64,000 nucleotides of DNA from Candidatus Fimenecus sp. (GTDB lineage Bacteria > Bacillota > Clostridia > Oscillospirales > Acutalibacteraceae): positions 3,754-67,753 of the forward strand of contig JAZNZJ010000026.1 of NCBI GenBank assembly GCA_045594885.1. Reading direction: 5' to 3'. The notes under the pieces are model-generated. The model was given only the letters and a program-made list of their open reading frames with translations, was not told the origin of the DNA and did no database searches. The position numbers and the translations under genes are program-made. Every line of letters starts with the position of its first letter. Position 1 is the first letter of the stretch. This document shows, in pieces, positions 46,429 through 54,739 of the stretch.

Positions 46429-49400
46429 TTATGTACCGTCGTCATAAATGACGGTATAAGTCAATGTCGTTCTGTACTCACCAAGTGCCGCTGCGTCCCA
46501 ATCCTCTTGACTGATTTTAACCTCAGGCTCATCCGTGGGCTTGGTAGCGGACGAAATATTTGTTGTAAATACAGTTTCTTTGAAATTGTATGCGGTATAT
46601 TCAATAGCATTATCGCCATTCATTAACTTACCTATGTTAGTTGCAGTATTGAAATTACCTGTATTATCTGCAACGTCAACGGTAAGAGTACCACCATTAA
46701 GAGATGCATTTTCTATTTCATAAGAAACACTCTTGTTTGCTGTGTCGTCCCAATCAACTGCCAAATCAGCAGGGATTGAAACAGTATAATAAATTGGGTC
46801 GGAACCATTTGTTGAAACGAACATAACGGGAATTTCAACTGTTGATACAGGTTCAAGTGTTGCCATATCAACACCGTCAGTAATCAAAGCACTGTCAAAT
46901 GCCATAAGAGTTACTGTACCTTCATATTGGTTACCCGTAGGAACTTTCTTTGCCTTTGCTTCATCAACTGAGATTTCAGGGGCAAAAGCACTTGTTACTC
47001 CGTTTGCATAATCACCAAGTTTAGTGTAAGTAACCGTTCCGTCAGTTCCCGTTGAACCGTTTACATTAAAGTATCCGAAATTATAAGCAGTTCCGCCTGT
47101 CTGTGTCCACTTGTAGTCAGTAACAAGGTAAACACTTACGGTTCTGTTAAGTCTTGCCGCAACATAGGTCAGATTTGCATCTGCCGTATCAAGATAAAGC
47201 GGGTGTTCATCGGAGTTTGTAAGAACTACCTGTTCACCGTCTGCTTTACCAAGGTCCGCCGTCGGCAAGAGAAGTGCAAGTTGAACGTAATCGTAGTTAA
47301 GCTCGTCAACCAAAGCATAACGTCTTAAGAATGCTTCGTACTGACCTAAACAATACTCAATTTCATTGAGTGTAGGTGTATCAAGTACGGTTCTTGCCGT
47401 AATCTTTGCACTGACGTCTGTATATGCGTTTTCGAGTCGGCGTTCATAGGTAATAATACCGCCCTCAACCGCAGCACCGGCATTTGGTGTAATTGCCGTT
47501 GAGTTATCGTGGATAGCCTCTGCCGCATCATACATATTCATATAAGCCGCCGCAACGTCGGTATCATCACTTAAAAGCTTTTTACCGAAAACACTAATAT
47601 CGGCATACATATCTGTGTAATATCCGAGAGCATTTACGGTGTTACCGTCAGCATCTGTAGTAGTTCCTGCGTACTTAACAGTTCTCAACTCGTTGTCGGA
47701 GTCTTCAGTATCAGGAATTCTGTCGGCATCATCGTCAGTATGTGAACTCAAACCGTAAATCCTTATAATGTTATTCTTAAAGGTTTCAACGTTCGCTATA
47801 ATACCGTCTTTTTCAACACCCTCGTGGACATCTGCGTCACCGCCAATCAAAACTGCACGCCGTGCCGCATTATAGGCATTTGTCAATCTGTTGAAATCAT
47901 AGTCTGTAATTGAGGCTCTGTCATCCATGCTCAAACGGTGATAACCTTTTTCGTACATATCTATAACTGATTGAGCTTCTTCAATACTTGTAAATCCAAG
48001 AGCTGTTAAATAGTCATCTTTATGAGTTTCGTACAAGTCTAACAAGGTTTCTTCGGCTGTGGAATATTCTTTCGCCGTTTCTGAAATCGCACCCAATGCC
48101 GTCAGCAGATTTTCTGCTGCAGTACCGTCGGCTGTTGCCGTATAAAGCGGTCGCCATTGTTCTTTTTGAATCTCATTAGTATAATCCCTGTAAAGGTTTC
48201 TATATTTTGCTTCAAGCAATGTTTCATAACAGTATTTTACTTCCGGAATTGTTTTCTGATAATCAGAAAGAGCCAAATAAGCATCTATGCACCTATCAAA
48301 AGAAGCTTTAAATTCTGCCTCTGTTGCATATGGGTCGATAGTTGAAACCATCTTTTCGAAGTTACTTGAGTCAACCGTTTTAACTCCGAAGTATTCGTCC
48401 ATATTCTTAACAGTAATACCGTTGTCTTGATTAAGTTCGCCATTACAGTCTGTATTATTACTTACACGGTTTGTACAAGCAGGGTCATAAGTAAAGCCAA
48501 GACCGTCAATTGTTAAATCTTTGCCTACGTTAGCACCTGTATAATCCCAGAATGTAATTTTTGCTTGTTTGATTTTATAACCATCATCAAGAAGATTATC
48601 AAAAATATAATAATCCATTCTTAATGTACCTGGTTTAGGTACACGGAAGTTTGAAAGAGGAATACGAATAAATCCTTTATATCCTTCCAGTTTGTTAAGT
48701 GACGACGGTGCAATTGAACAAAGAGCTTTTGCATTATCATCGCCGAACCAAGCGGAGTTGTCAAGTGCTGAAGATGAAAGGTTTTGAGCTTCCCATTCAC
48801 CATTTTCATCAAGCTGATAAATAACAGGTGTATCACTGAGGGTACCACCACAGAAATAACAGTTAACGTCGTTACCGCTTGAATCCTGAAGAATGAACTT
48901 AATATTCATATTCACTGCTTCAACATTGGTAAAGTCAACATACATAACAAAGGAGTTAGGAATTACACCTGCACCATATCTTGTTACATCTTCTGCGTCA
49001 GTTCCGTTTGTACTATCTGTCTTAACAGCGAGCGCACTCAAATCAAGTCCGGGAAGATTTCCCCAAGTATCTGCCTCTGCACCAAGATAGGTAGTCGAAA
49101 GTGTTGCAAGCTTTACATCACTCGACGAATTAAGGTCGCCGTTGATATTTATTGTTGCACCAAGCGAATCAGCAAAGCCCTTATTTGTAATCTGTGCATC
49201 CATTCTTGAGAAATATGTTCCCGCACTGTTATCAAGAGTTTCACCCGTTGGTCTGAAATCAGCCGGTGACCAACCAATGGCTTCACCAATCGCTGCAGAT
49301 TGGTTAATTGTTTTACTTGAAACATATGTTGTAAAATTACCCGTACTGTTTACGTCAGTAGCTTTACTGTCTTCATATGCCGGGTAATCATCATAATACA

Positions 49401-51753
49401 TATCGGACATCTGACCAAAAGTATAATTTTTCTCAAAGTCATTGAAAGGAATGTACGGATATGCACCAATTGACTGACCTGTTCTTACCTCTTCACCCAT
49501 AACCAAGTCATAAAGCTCAAGGAACTTTTCTTCTGATTCCTTACCCAACAACTCATAGTGAGAAAGGTTGAAGGTTTCATAAATTGCCATTAACTGTTTA
49601 AGAGTACCCTGCAATTCTTCGTCTGTATGACTTGCAAATTCTGCAGTAGGAAGTCCCTCAACAGTATTTTCAAAATAGATAACCGCATTATAGTTTGACT
49701 CGGCATTTTCTGAATAAACATACTCAACAAACTCTTCTGCATCTTTATAACGATTGTAAGCATCGGTATGACCAAGAGCTTTTAGCTTCTCGATTGCCTG
49801 TGAAACCTTTTCAGCATCTGAAAGAGCTGAATCCTTAGCAATACCGAAACATTCAATATAATTAAGAATAATGTCGTCAACCAAATCCTTGGCTGTCAAG
49901 TCATTAAGTGAAGGAATTTCACCAAAGTACTGCATAATGTATTCTGCAACAGCCTTTGGAACCTGAACAGTTCTGTCGTAGAAGCCTGACATTTTTCTAC
50001 CAAGGTCCGCTGTACCACTACTATTAACAGTAGCACCTTCTTGTGGGAATTTAATTGCTGATGCATCTGTTACGTAACCCGCACTATCGAACGTACCACC
50101 TGTGTTTTTCTGACAGAACATAACCTGGTCAATGTAGAAAGATTTATGAACTGACTCTGCCGTCCACTCTGCAACCTGAACACCCGCTGAAACAAGGTCT
50201 TCAATCGCAGTAAGGGGGTCGTTAACTGTGAATGTTACTGAACCATCATCTGCATATGTTTCTGTGATATCGCCTTGAGGAGCTTTAAGAGTATTATTCT
50301 TTGTATTACCATTACCCCATGTTTCGCTTCTTTCATAGAGAATAATCACATCTGTTACACAAGTACCTGCAGGATTAATCTTAATTCCGTAACCGGATTG
50401 GCTCGCTGCATATGGTTCTGCTGTTTTTGTTGTGCCGTCCGGCATAATAAGTTTATCATTTGCTGTAACACTTTCAGAAAGAACATATGCTGCGAGGTTG
50501 TCTGCATTACCCTCAGGAGTATCGCAACCGCCCTTTGCCCAAGATTCCAAAGTTACCGAGCTTGTCATATATTGGTCTTCTTGTAAAATGAAATACTCAA
50601 TCGGAACACGAACAAAACCCTTATAACCTGAAAGATTTGTAAAATAACCATCAGTCATCGAAGTTGATTCCCAAAGGCCATCAGCATTCTGAATATAAAT
50701 ACCTTCACTAACTGTTCCGGCATTTACACCAGCTACAGACACAGTTGAAAAAGTTTTACCATAATGAGAATATTCGTTTTTCTTTGTGTCATCTCTATAA
50801 TGTTCAAAAGATTTCTCGTTAGCCGATAAAGTAAATGCAAATTTATTAATTTGAGCACGGCTTAAATCAACATAGAACCAAACCTCTTCAGCATTTGAAA
50901 AGTCGTAGTGGTTACGGCTCCAAGTAGTTGTCATGATATATGGGGTTCCGTTGTATGCATTAGCTATCCATAAACGATAACCTGCACCGCCATCATAACC
51001 CATACCAGCCATCTGACCATTAACGTCAATCAATTCTGCACTTTGACGTTCAGAGTAGTCCGGACTCGTTGAACCACCATCCGATTGATTGGAATTATCA
51101 ATCTTCGCATTACCTTTCTGTTCAAAAAGCAACATTTCACGAACAACCCAACTCTCATTAGGTGAGAAGTCATCGTTAATAATGTAGTAAGGAGTTTTTG
51201 TGAGAAGTGTATGAATTTTATCTGACACCCAACCGTCGCTGTCAACCGCCTGAATTGATACGTCATAACTCGCATCAACTTCATAATCTTCAAGGCTTTC
51301 AAATGCACCCGGCCAGTAATAGATTGAGTTAGGATAGTTGTTACCCTCTGTGTTATCTACAGAAAAAGTACCTACACGACCATCTGCATTATTCAAATTA
51401 AAGTTTTCTGACCAGATTTCAGTACGAGTACCGTCATCTTCAAGCTTTGTAATGGTCATAACATAACTTGCAATTGATTTCTTTGTAGGTGCTGCCTCTG
51501 TGTAAGTGTTCCACGTTGCCGCCGCATTTGCGTGTGGGAATGCTACACTCAAACTACCGTCAGCATTAAGAGTTGCGATAAAGTTAGTATTGACCGCAGC
51601 CTCATTACTACCGTCACCCCAATAAGGTGCGGGGTCATATGAGCCCTCTCCGACTGCCCCGACCATTAACACGGGGATTGAAGAAACAATCATTATTAAA
51701 CTCATTAAAATCGAGAGTGCTTTTTTAGTGATATTCTTCTTTTTCATTCTCAT
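46429..51753 (-). CDS. Giant (1774 aa) secreted multi-module protein whose C-terminal ~150 aa carry the paralog-family domain (putative adhesin/tip component)
   Basis: Signal peptide MRMKKKNITKKALSILMSLIMIVSSIPVLMVGA. Two duplicated beta-sandwich-like modules ending LSGYKGFVRVPIEYF and LEGYKGFIRIPLSNF. Helical linker segments between modules. C-terminus YYTVSIPADLAVDW...IEYTA...DW...YRTTLTYTVIY. Confidence 0.8.
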   Translation of the reverse strand: MRMKKKNITKKALSILMSLIMIVSSIPVLMVGAVGEGSYDPAPYWGDGSNEAAVNTNFIATLNADGSLSVAFPHANAAATWNTYTEAAPTKKSIASYVMTITKLEDDGTRTEIWSENFNLNNADGRVGTFSVDNTEGNNYPNSIYYWPGAFESLEDYEVDASYDVSIQAVDSDGWVSDKIHTLLTKTPYYIINDDFSPNESWVVREMLLFEQKGNAKIDNSNQSDGGSTSPDYSERQSAELIDVNGQMAGMGYDGGAGYRLWIANAYNGTPYIMTTTWSRNHYDFSNAEEVWFYVDLSRAQINKFAFTLSANEKSFEHYRDDTKKNEYSHYGKTFSTVSVAGVNAGTVSEGIYIQNADGLWESTSMTDGYFTNLSGYKGFVRVPIEYFILQEDQYMTSSVTLESWAKGGCDTPEGNADNLAAYVLSESVTANDKLIMPDGTTKTAEPYAASQSGYGIKINPAGTCVTDVIILYERSETWGNGNTKNNTLKAPQGDITETYADDGSVTFTVNDPLTAIEDLVSAGVQVAEWTAESVHKSFYIDQVMFCQKNTGGTFDSAGYVTDASAIKFPQEGATVNSSGTADLGRKMSGFYDRTVQVPKAVAEYIMQYFGEIPSLNDLTAKDLVDDIILNYIECFGIAKDSALSDAEKVSQAIEKLKALGHTDAYNRYKDAEEFVEYVYSENAESNYNAVIYFENTVEGLPTAEFASHTDEELQGTLKQLMAIYETFNLSHYELLGKESEEKFLELYDLVMGEEVRTGQSIGAYPYIPFNDFEKNYTFGQMSDMYYDDYPAYEDSKATDVNSTGNFTTYVSSKTINQSAAIGEAIGWSPADFRPTGETLDNSAGTYFSRMDAQITNKGFADSLGATININGDLNSSSDVKLATLSTTYLGAEADTWGNLPGLDLSALAVKTDSTNGTDAEDVTRYGAGVIPNSFVMYVDFTNVEAVNMNIKFILQDSSGNDVNCYFCGGTLSDTPVIYQLDENGEWEAQNLSSSALDNSAWFGDDNAKALCSIAPSSLNKLEGYKGFIRIPLSNFRVPKPGTLRMDYYIFDNLLDDGYKIKQAKITFWDYTGANVGKDLTIDGLGFTYDPACTNRVSNNTDCNGELNQDNGITVKNMDEYFGVKTVDSSNFEKMVSTIDPYATEAEFKASFDRCIDAYLALSDYQKTIPEVKYCYETLLEAKYRNLYRDYTNEIQKEQWRPLYTATADGTAAENLLTALGAISETAKEYSTAEETLLDLYETHKDDYLTALGFTSIEEAQSVIDMYEKGYHRLSMDDRASITDYDFNRLTNAYNAARRAVLIGGDADVHEGVEKDGIIANVETFKNNIIRIYGLSSHTDDDADRIPDTEDSDNELRTVKYAGTTTDADGNTVNALGYYTDMYADISVFGKKLLSDDTDVAAAYMNMYDAAEAIHDNSTAITPNAGAAVEGGIITYERRLENAYTDVSAKITARTVLDTPTLNEIEYCLGQYEAFLRRYALVDELNYDYVQLALLLPTADLGKADGEQVVLTNSDEHPLYLDTADANLTYVAARLNRTVSVYLVTDYKWTQTGGTAYNFGYFNVNGSTGTDGTVTYTKLGDYANGVTSAFAPEISVDEAKAKKVPTGNQYEGTVTLMAFDSALITDGVDMATLEPVSTVEIPVMFVSTNGSDPIYYTVSIPADLAVDWDDTANKSVSYEIENASLNGGTLTVDVADNTGNFNTATNIGKLMNGDNAIEYTAYNFKETVFTTNISSATKPTDEPEVKISQEDWDAAALGEYRTTLTYTVIYDDGT

Positions 51754-51794
51754 CTTCCTTTCTTCAAAAGGTATCTATAAAATGAACGGGAATT

Positions 51795-52646
51795 TTATTC
51801 CGCCTCTGCTTCGCTTACCTTAATCTTTGTTGCAACAACCATATTGTTAAGCTTTGTTCTCTGTTGGTCAAATGAATACGGCTGTTGCATTACAACTGCA
51901 TCATATTCACCAACATCAAGTGTTCTCGTAATTGAGAACTTTGAAATTGAATAACCGGGTTGAACAAGCCCCGATTTATAAATCATTTCGTCTGCATCAT
52001 CAATCTTCTTGTTACCGTTTTTATCAAGATAGATTGTGAATTCCATAAAGCAGACACCTTCATTCTTTTTATGGTTTGTAAGAATTACGTTCTGCTCTTT
52101 CTGATTTGCCTTGAAATTCATTTCGGGAATACCGACAATTGTTACATTTTTGTTTGATGTATCAATTTTTGAAGGTAGGTCAAGCTTACCCTCACCAATT
52201 TCGGCATCCGTATCAAGAATTAATGGTGCTGTTGTAGTAGTTGTTTCAGGCTCAGCACCTGTTTTTACAAGATATGCTGTTCCAAGAACCAAAGCCACAA
52301 GTAAAAGCAAACCAAGTAAAGTCCAAAGAATAATTGCACCGATATTATCTTTCTTAACCGCTATAAATGAGCCCGTTTCAAGCTCTATGTAACCAATGGT
52401 CTTATATCTTGAGCCCGATGTTGCTTTATAAACGGTTTCTTCAATTCCGTCAACTTCAATTGTGCCCGCTTCGTCCTTACCGTATTTAAGCTGACCTACA
52501 ACACGAATACCCCCATCAGGATAAAGTGCTTTCATTTCTTTGACGGTGTAATAACCAACCTCAAAGCCGGTATCTTTATTATAGTATGACTCTGTATAGT
52601 CATTTCCTGTTTTAATAATGAATTGTGCCAAAATAAGTTCCTCCAA
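51795..52646 (-). CDS. Bitopic membrane protein, first gene of the operon (N-in, central TM, Thr-rich linker, ~150-aa outside domain)
   Basis: No signal peptide. TM segment AIILWTLLGLLLLVALVLGTAYLV is followed by EPETTTTTAP. The track start TTG 52646 overlaps GGAGG. TTG 52631 (8 nt after GGAGG) is an alternative start. The first in-frame ATG is codon 38. Confidence 0.65.
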   Translation of the reverse strand: MEELILAQFIIKTGNDYTESYYNKDTGFEVGYYTVKEMKALYPDGGIRVVGQLKYGKDEAGTIEVDGIEETVYKATSGSRYKTIGYIELETGSFIAVKKDNIGAIILWTLLGLLLLVALVLGTAYLVKTGAEPETTTTTAPLILDTDAEIGEGKLDLPSKIDTSNKNVTIVGIPEMNFKANQKEQNVILTNHKKNEGVCFMEFTIYLDKNGNKKIDDADEMIYKSGLVQPGYSISKFSITRTLDVGEYDAVVMQQPYSFDQQRTKLNNMVVATKIKVSEAEAE

Positions 52647-52705
52647 TAACGCACATCTTAAAATTAAAGATAGTTATAGATATAGATTTACAATTTAACA
52701 TTATT

Positions 52706-52734
52706 ATTTTAATACCATTTTTTTCAGTTGTCAA
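52706..52734 (-). promoter_or_regulatory. Candidate SigA promoter of the surface-protein operon
   Basis: Minus strand reads TTGACA (52734-52729), 17-nt spacer, TAAAAT (52711-52706). A second TTGACA at 52792-52787 has a weaker -10. Confidence 0.35.
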
Positions 52735-52954
52735 CACTTTTTATTGTATAATTTTATTAGTTTTTTTAAATATTTCGACATGTTTTTGTCAATCTACTAT
52801 AAATTATATCTAAATTATGAACACTAACGATTAAAATTGTTCAATAAACTCATTGTTCAGTATTTTTTTGACTAAAAACAGCCTTATAGACGTTTTATAA
52901 CTCAACCTCTCAACAAATTGGGAGTTGTAGAATTGATTTGTATGTACTGTTTAT

Positions 52955-53026
52955 GGTAGGGCGGGGTCTTGACCCCGCCGAATAACATATGGTAACTCAA
53001 CGGCGGGGTCAAGACCCCGCCCTACC
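52955..53026. repeat. Inverted pair of 25-nt GC-rich REP-like hairpin units
   Basis: ggtagggcggggtcttgaccccgcc (52955-52979) and its exact reverse complement (53002-53026), 22 nt apart. Each arm is itself a 7-bp hairpin ggcgggg/ccccgcc. Related single copy at 5812-5835. Confidence 0.8.
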
Positions 53027-53090
53027 GACGTTATTATTTATCCCAACAAATTCAATTTTATCAGGTTAAATTATTTACAATATGTATAAC

Positions 53091-53116
53091 AAAAAAGCGA
53101 GAGTTTCCTCTCGCTT
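53091..53116 (-). terminator. Intrinsic terminator after the SPFH/NfeD operon
   Basis: gcgagag-tttcc-tctcgc, followed on the minus RNA by uuuuuuguu. Confidence 0.7.
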
Positions 53117-53152
53117 TGATTGTTATGACGATTAAAACCGCCCATTGTTAAA

Positions 53153-54046
53153 TTAGTCTTTCTTTGCAAGTTCTGTCAAAGATGTTGCAAGACCTGCAAG
53201 TCCCTGAATTTCTGACGGAATAATAATCTTTGTTGCCTTGCCGTCGGCAGCCTTTTCGAATGACTCAAGAGCCTTGATGCTGATAAATTCCTGACTTGGT
53301 TGTACCTTGTTAATCATTTCAATACCTGCAGCAGTTGCTTCTTGAATCTTAAGGATTGCAGCAGCCTCACCCTCTGCCTCACGGATTTTTGATTCCTTAA
53401 TCGCATCGGCACGAAGAATTGCAGATTCTTTTTCACCCTCTGCAACGAGGATTGCGGCTTTCTTTTCACCCTCTGCCTGAAGAATCTTTTCACGACGTTC
53501 ACGTTCTGCCTTCATCTGCTTTTCCATTGAGTCTTGAATTTCACGAGGAGGCATAATGTTTTTAAGCTCAACACGGTTAATTTTGATACCCCATGCATCT
53601 GTTGCCTCGTCAAGAACTTCAGTAATCTTTGAGTTGATTGTATCTCTTGATGTGAGAGTTGCGTCAAGCTCAAGGTCACCAATGATATTACGAAGTGTTG
53701 TTGCAGTAAGGTTTTCAATAGCCATCATTGGTCTTTCAACACCGTATGTGTAAAGTTTGGGGTCAATAATTCTGTAGAAAACAACTGTGTCAATTGACAT
53801 TGTTACGTTATCCTTTGTGATAACCGGCTGTGGTGGGAAATCAACAACAGCCTCTTTAAGACTTACTCTTTTTGCAACTCTGTCAATTACAGGGATTTTC
53901 ACATGAAGACCTGTATCCCAAGTTGAATTATAAGCACCAAGTCTTTCAACAACATAGGCATTTGCCTGAGGTACAATACGTACATTTGCCACGATAATTG
54001 CAATTACAATCGCAATAAGAATGATGGGGATAATTAAAAATTCCAT
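53153..54046 (-). CDS. SPFH/band-7 (stomatin-like) protein
   Basis: N-terminal TM segment, VPQANAYVVERLG, PHB-domain motifs, Ala/Glu-rich coiled-coil tail. Confidence 0.9.
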   Translation of the reverse strand: MEFLIIPIILIAIVIAIIVANVRIVPQANAYVVERLGAYNSTWDTGLHVKIPVIDRVAKRVSLKEAVVDFPPQPVITKDNVTMSIDTVVFYRIIDPKLYTYGVERPMMAIENLTATTLRNIIGDLELDATLTSRDTINSKITEVLDEATDAWGIKINRVELKNIMPPREIQDSMEKQMKAERERREKILQAEGEKKAAILVAEGEKESAILRADAIKESKIREAEGEAAAILKIQEATAAGIEMINKVQPSQEFISIKALESFEKAADGKATKIIIPSEIQGLAGLATSLTELAKKD

Positions 54047-54067
54047 AAATTTTCTCCTTTTTATAAA

Positions 54068-54508
54068 TTATTTCTTATTTATTACAAGAGTAGTGCCTTC
54101 TACCCTCTTAATAACAACTATTTCGTCTTTTGGAATTGTGTCTCCGTTTTCGCTGACAGCCCTCCAATAAACGTCGCCTACAAGAATTCTTCCCGAAATT
54201 GGTGTAGTGTCTTCAGTAACAACCGCCGTTTTGCCCAACAATTTTTCATTTTGGTCAACATCGTCAACGGGCTTTTTGATATGCTTTTTGTAAATTTTGC
54301 GGGCCACCACCATAAACACGGCACTCAACACCACAAAAATTGCAATCTGCCAAACCAAGCTGTCTATAACAAAAGTCAGAAGACAGACTATAATTGCCGC
54401 CGGCACAAACCAAATCGACACAAGTGTTGTTGTTAGCAGTTCAACCACAAGAAAGAAAACCGCTACCCCAAGCCACGCAACCCAAGGGTTGCTTAAAATG
54501 TATTCCAT
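54068..54508 (-). CDS. NfeD-family membrane protein
   Basis: Three TM segments plus a C-terminal OB-fold-like segment (G.A.V......G.I.V.G..W.A). Canonical pairing with the SPFH gene. Confidence 0.85.
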   Translation of the reverse strand: MEYILSNPWVAWLGVAVFFLVVELLTTTLVSIWFVPAAIIVCLLTFVIDSLVWQIAIFVVLSAVFMVVARKIYKKHIKKPVDDVDQNEKLLGKTAVVTEDTTPISGRILVGDVYWRAVSENGDTIPKDEIVVIKRVEGTTLVINKK

Positions 54509-54531
54509 ATTCTCACTCCTATAACAAGAAT

Positions 54532-54714
54532 TTATTCATCTTTTTGAATTTCTTTTGCAAAGGTTATAAGCATAGGTGTTTTTGCCTTTGTAATTGCTGT
54601 ACCGCCCAGATAAACATCTGTACTCACAACCTCCCAACCATATTTTGCCATATCATTCATTTTTGTTTCTGCATCGCAAAGCTTTACCTCTATTATTTTA
54701 TATTCTTTTTGCAT
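54532..54714 (-). CDS. DUF4177-like small protein
   Basis: MQKEYKIIEV...YGWEVVS pattern. ATG at 54714 has SD AAGGAG 9 nt upstream. Confidence 0.5.
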   Translation of the reverse strand: MQKEYKIIEVKLCDAETKMNDMAKYGWEVVSTDVYLGGTAITKAKTPMLITFAKEIQKDE

Positions 54715-54739
54715 TGGTTTTAACTCCTTTTTCTTAATA

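Noticed and set aside
40749-52646. Classical Gram-positive sortase-assembled pilus.
   Set aside because: No LPXTG-like sorting signal, pilin motif or E-box was recognisable, and no sortase gene lies in the window. All the small proteins end right after the LTFT strand without a TM or charged tail.
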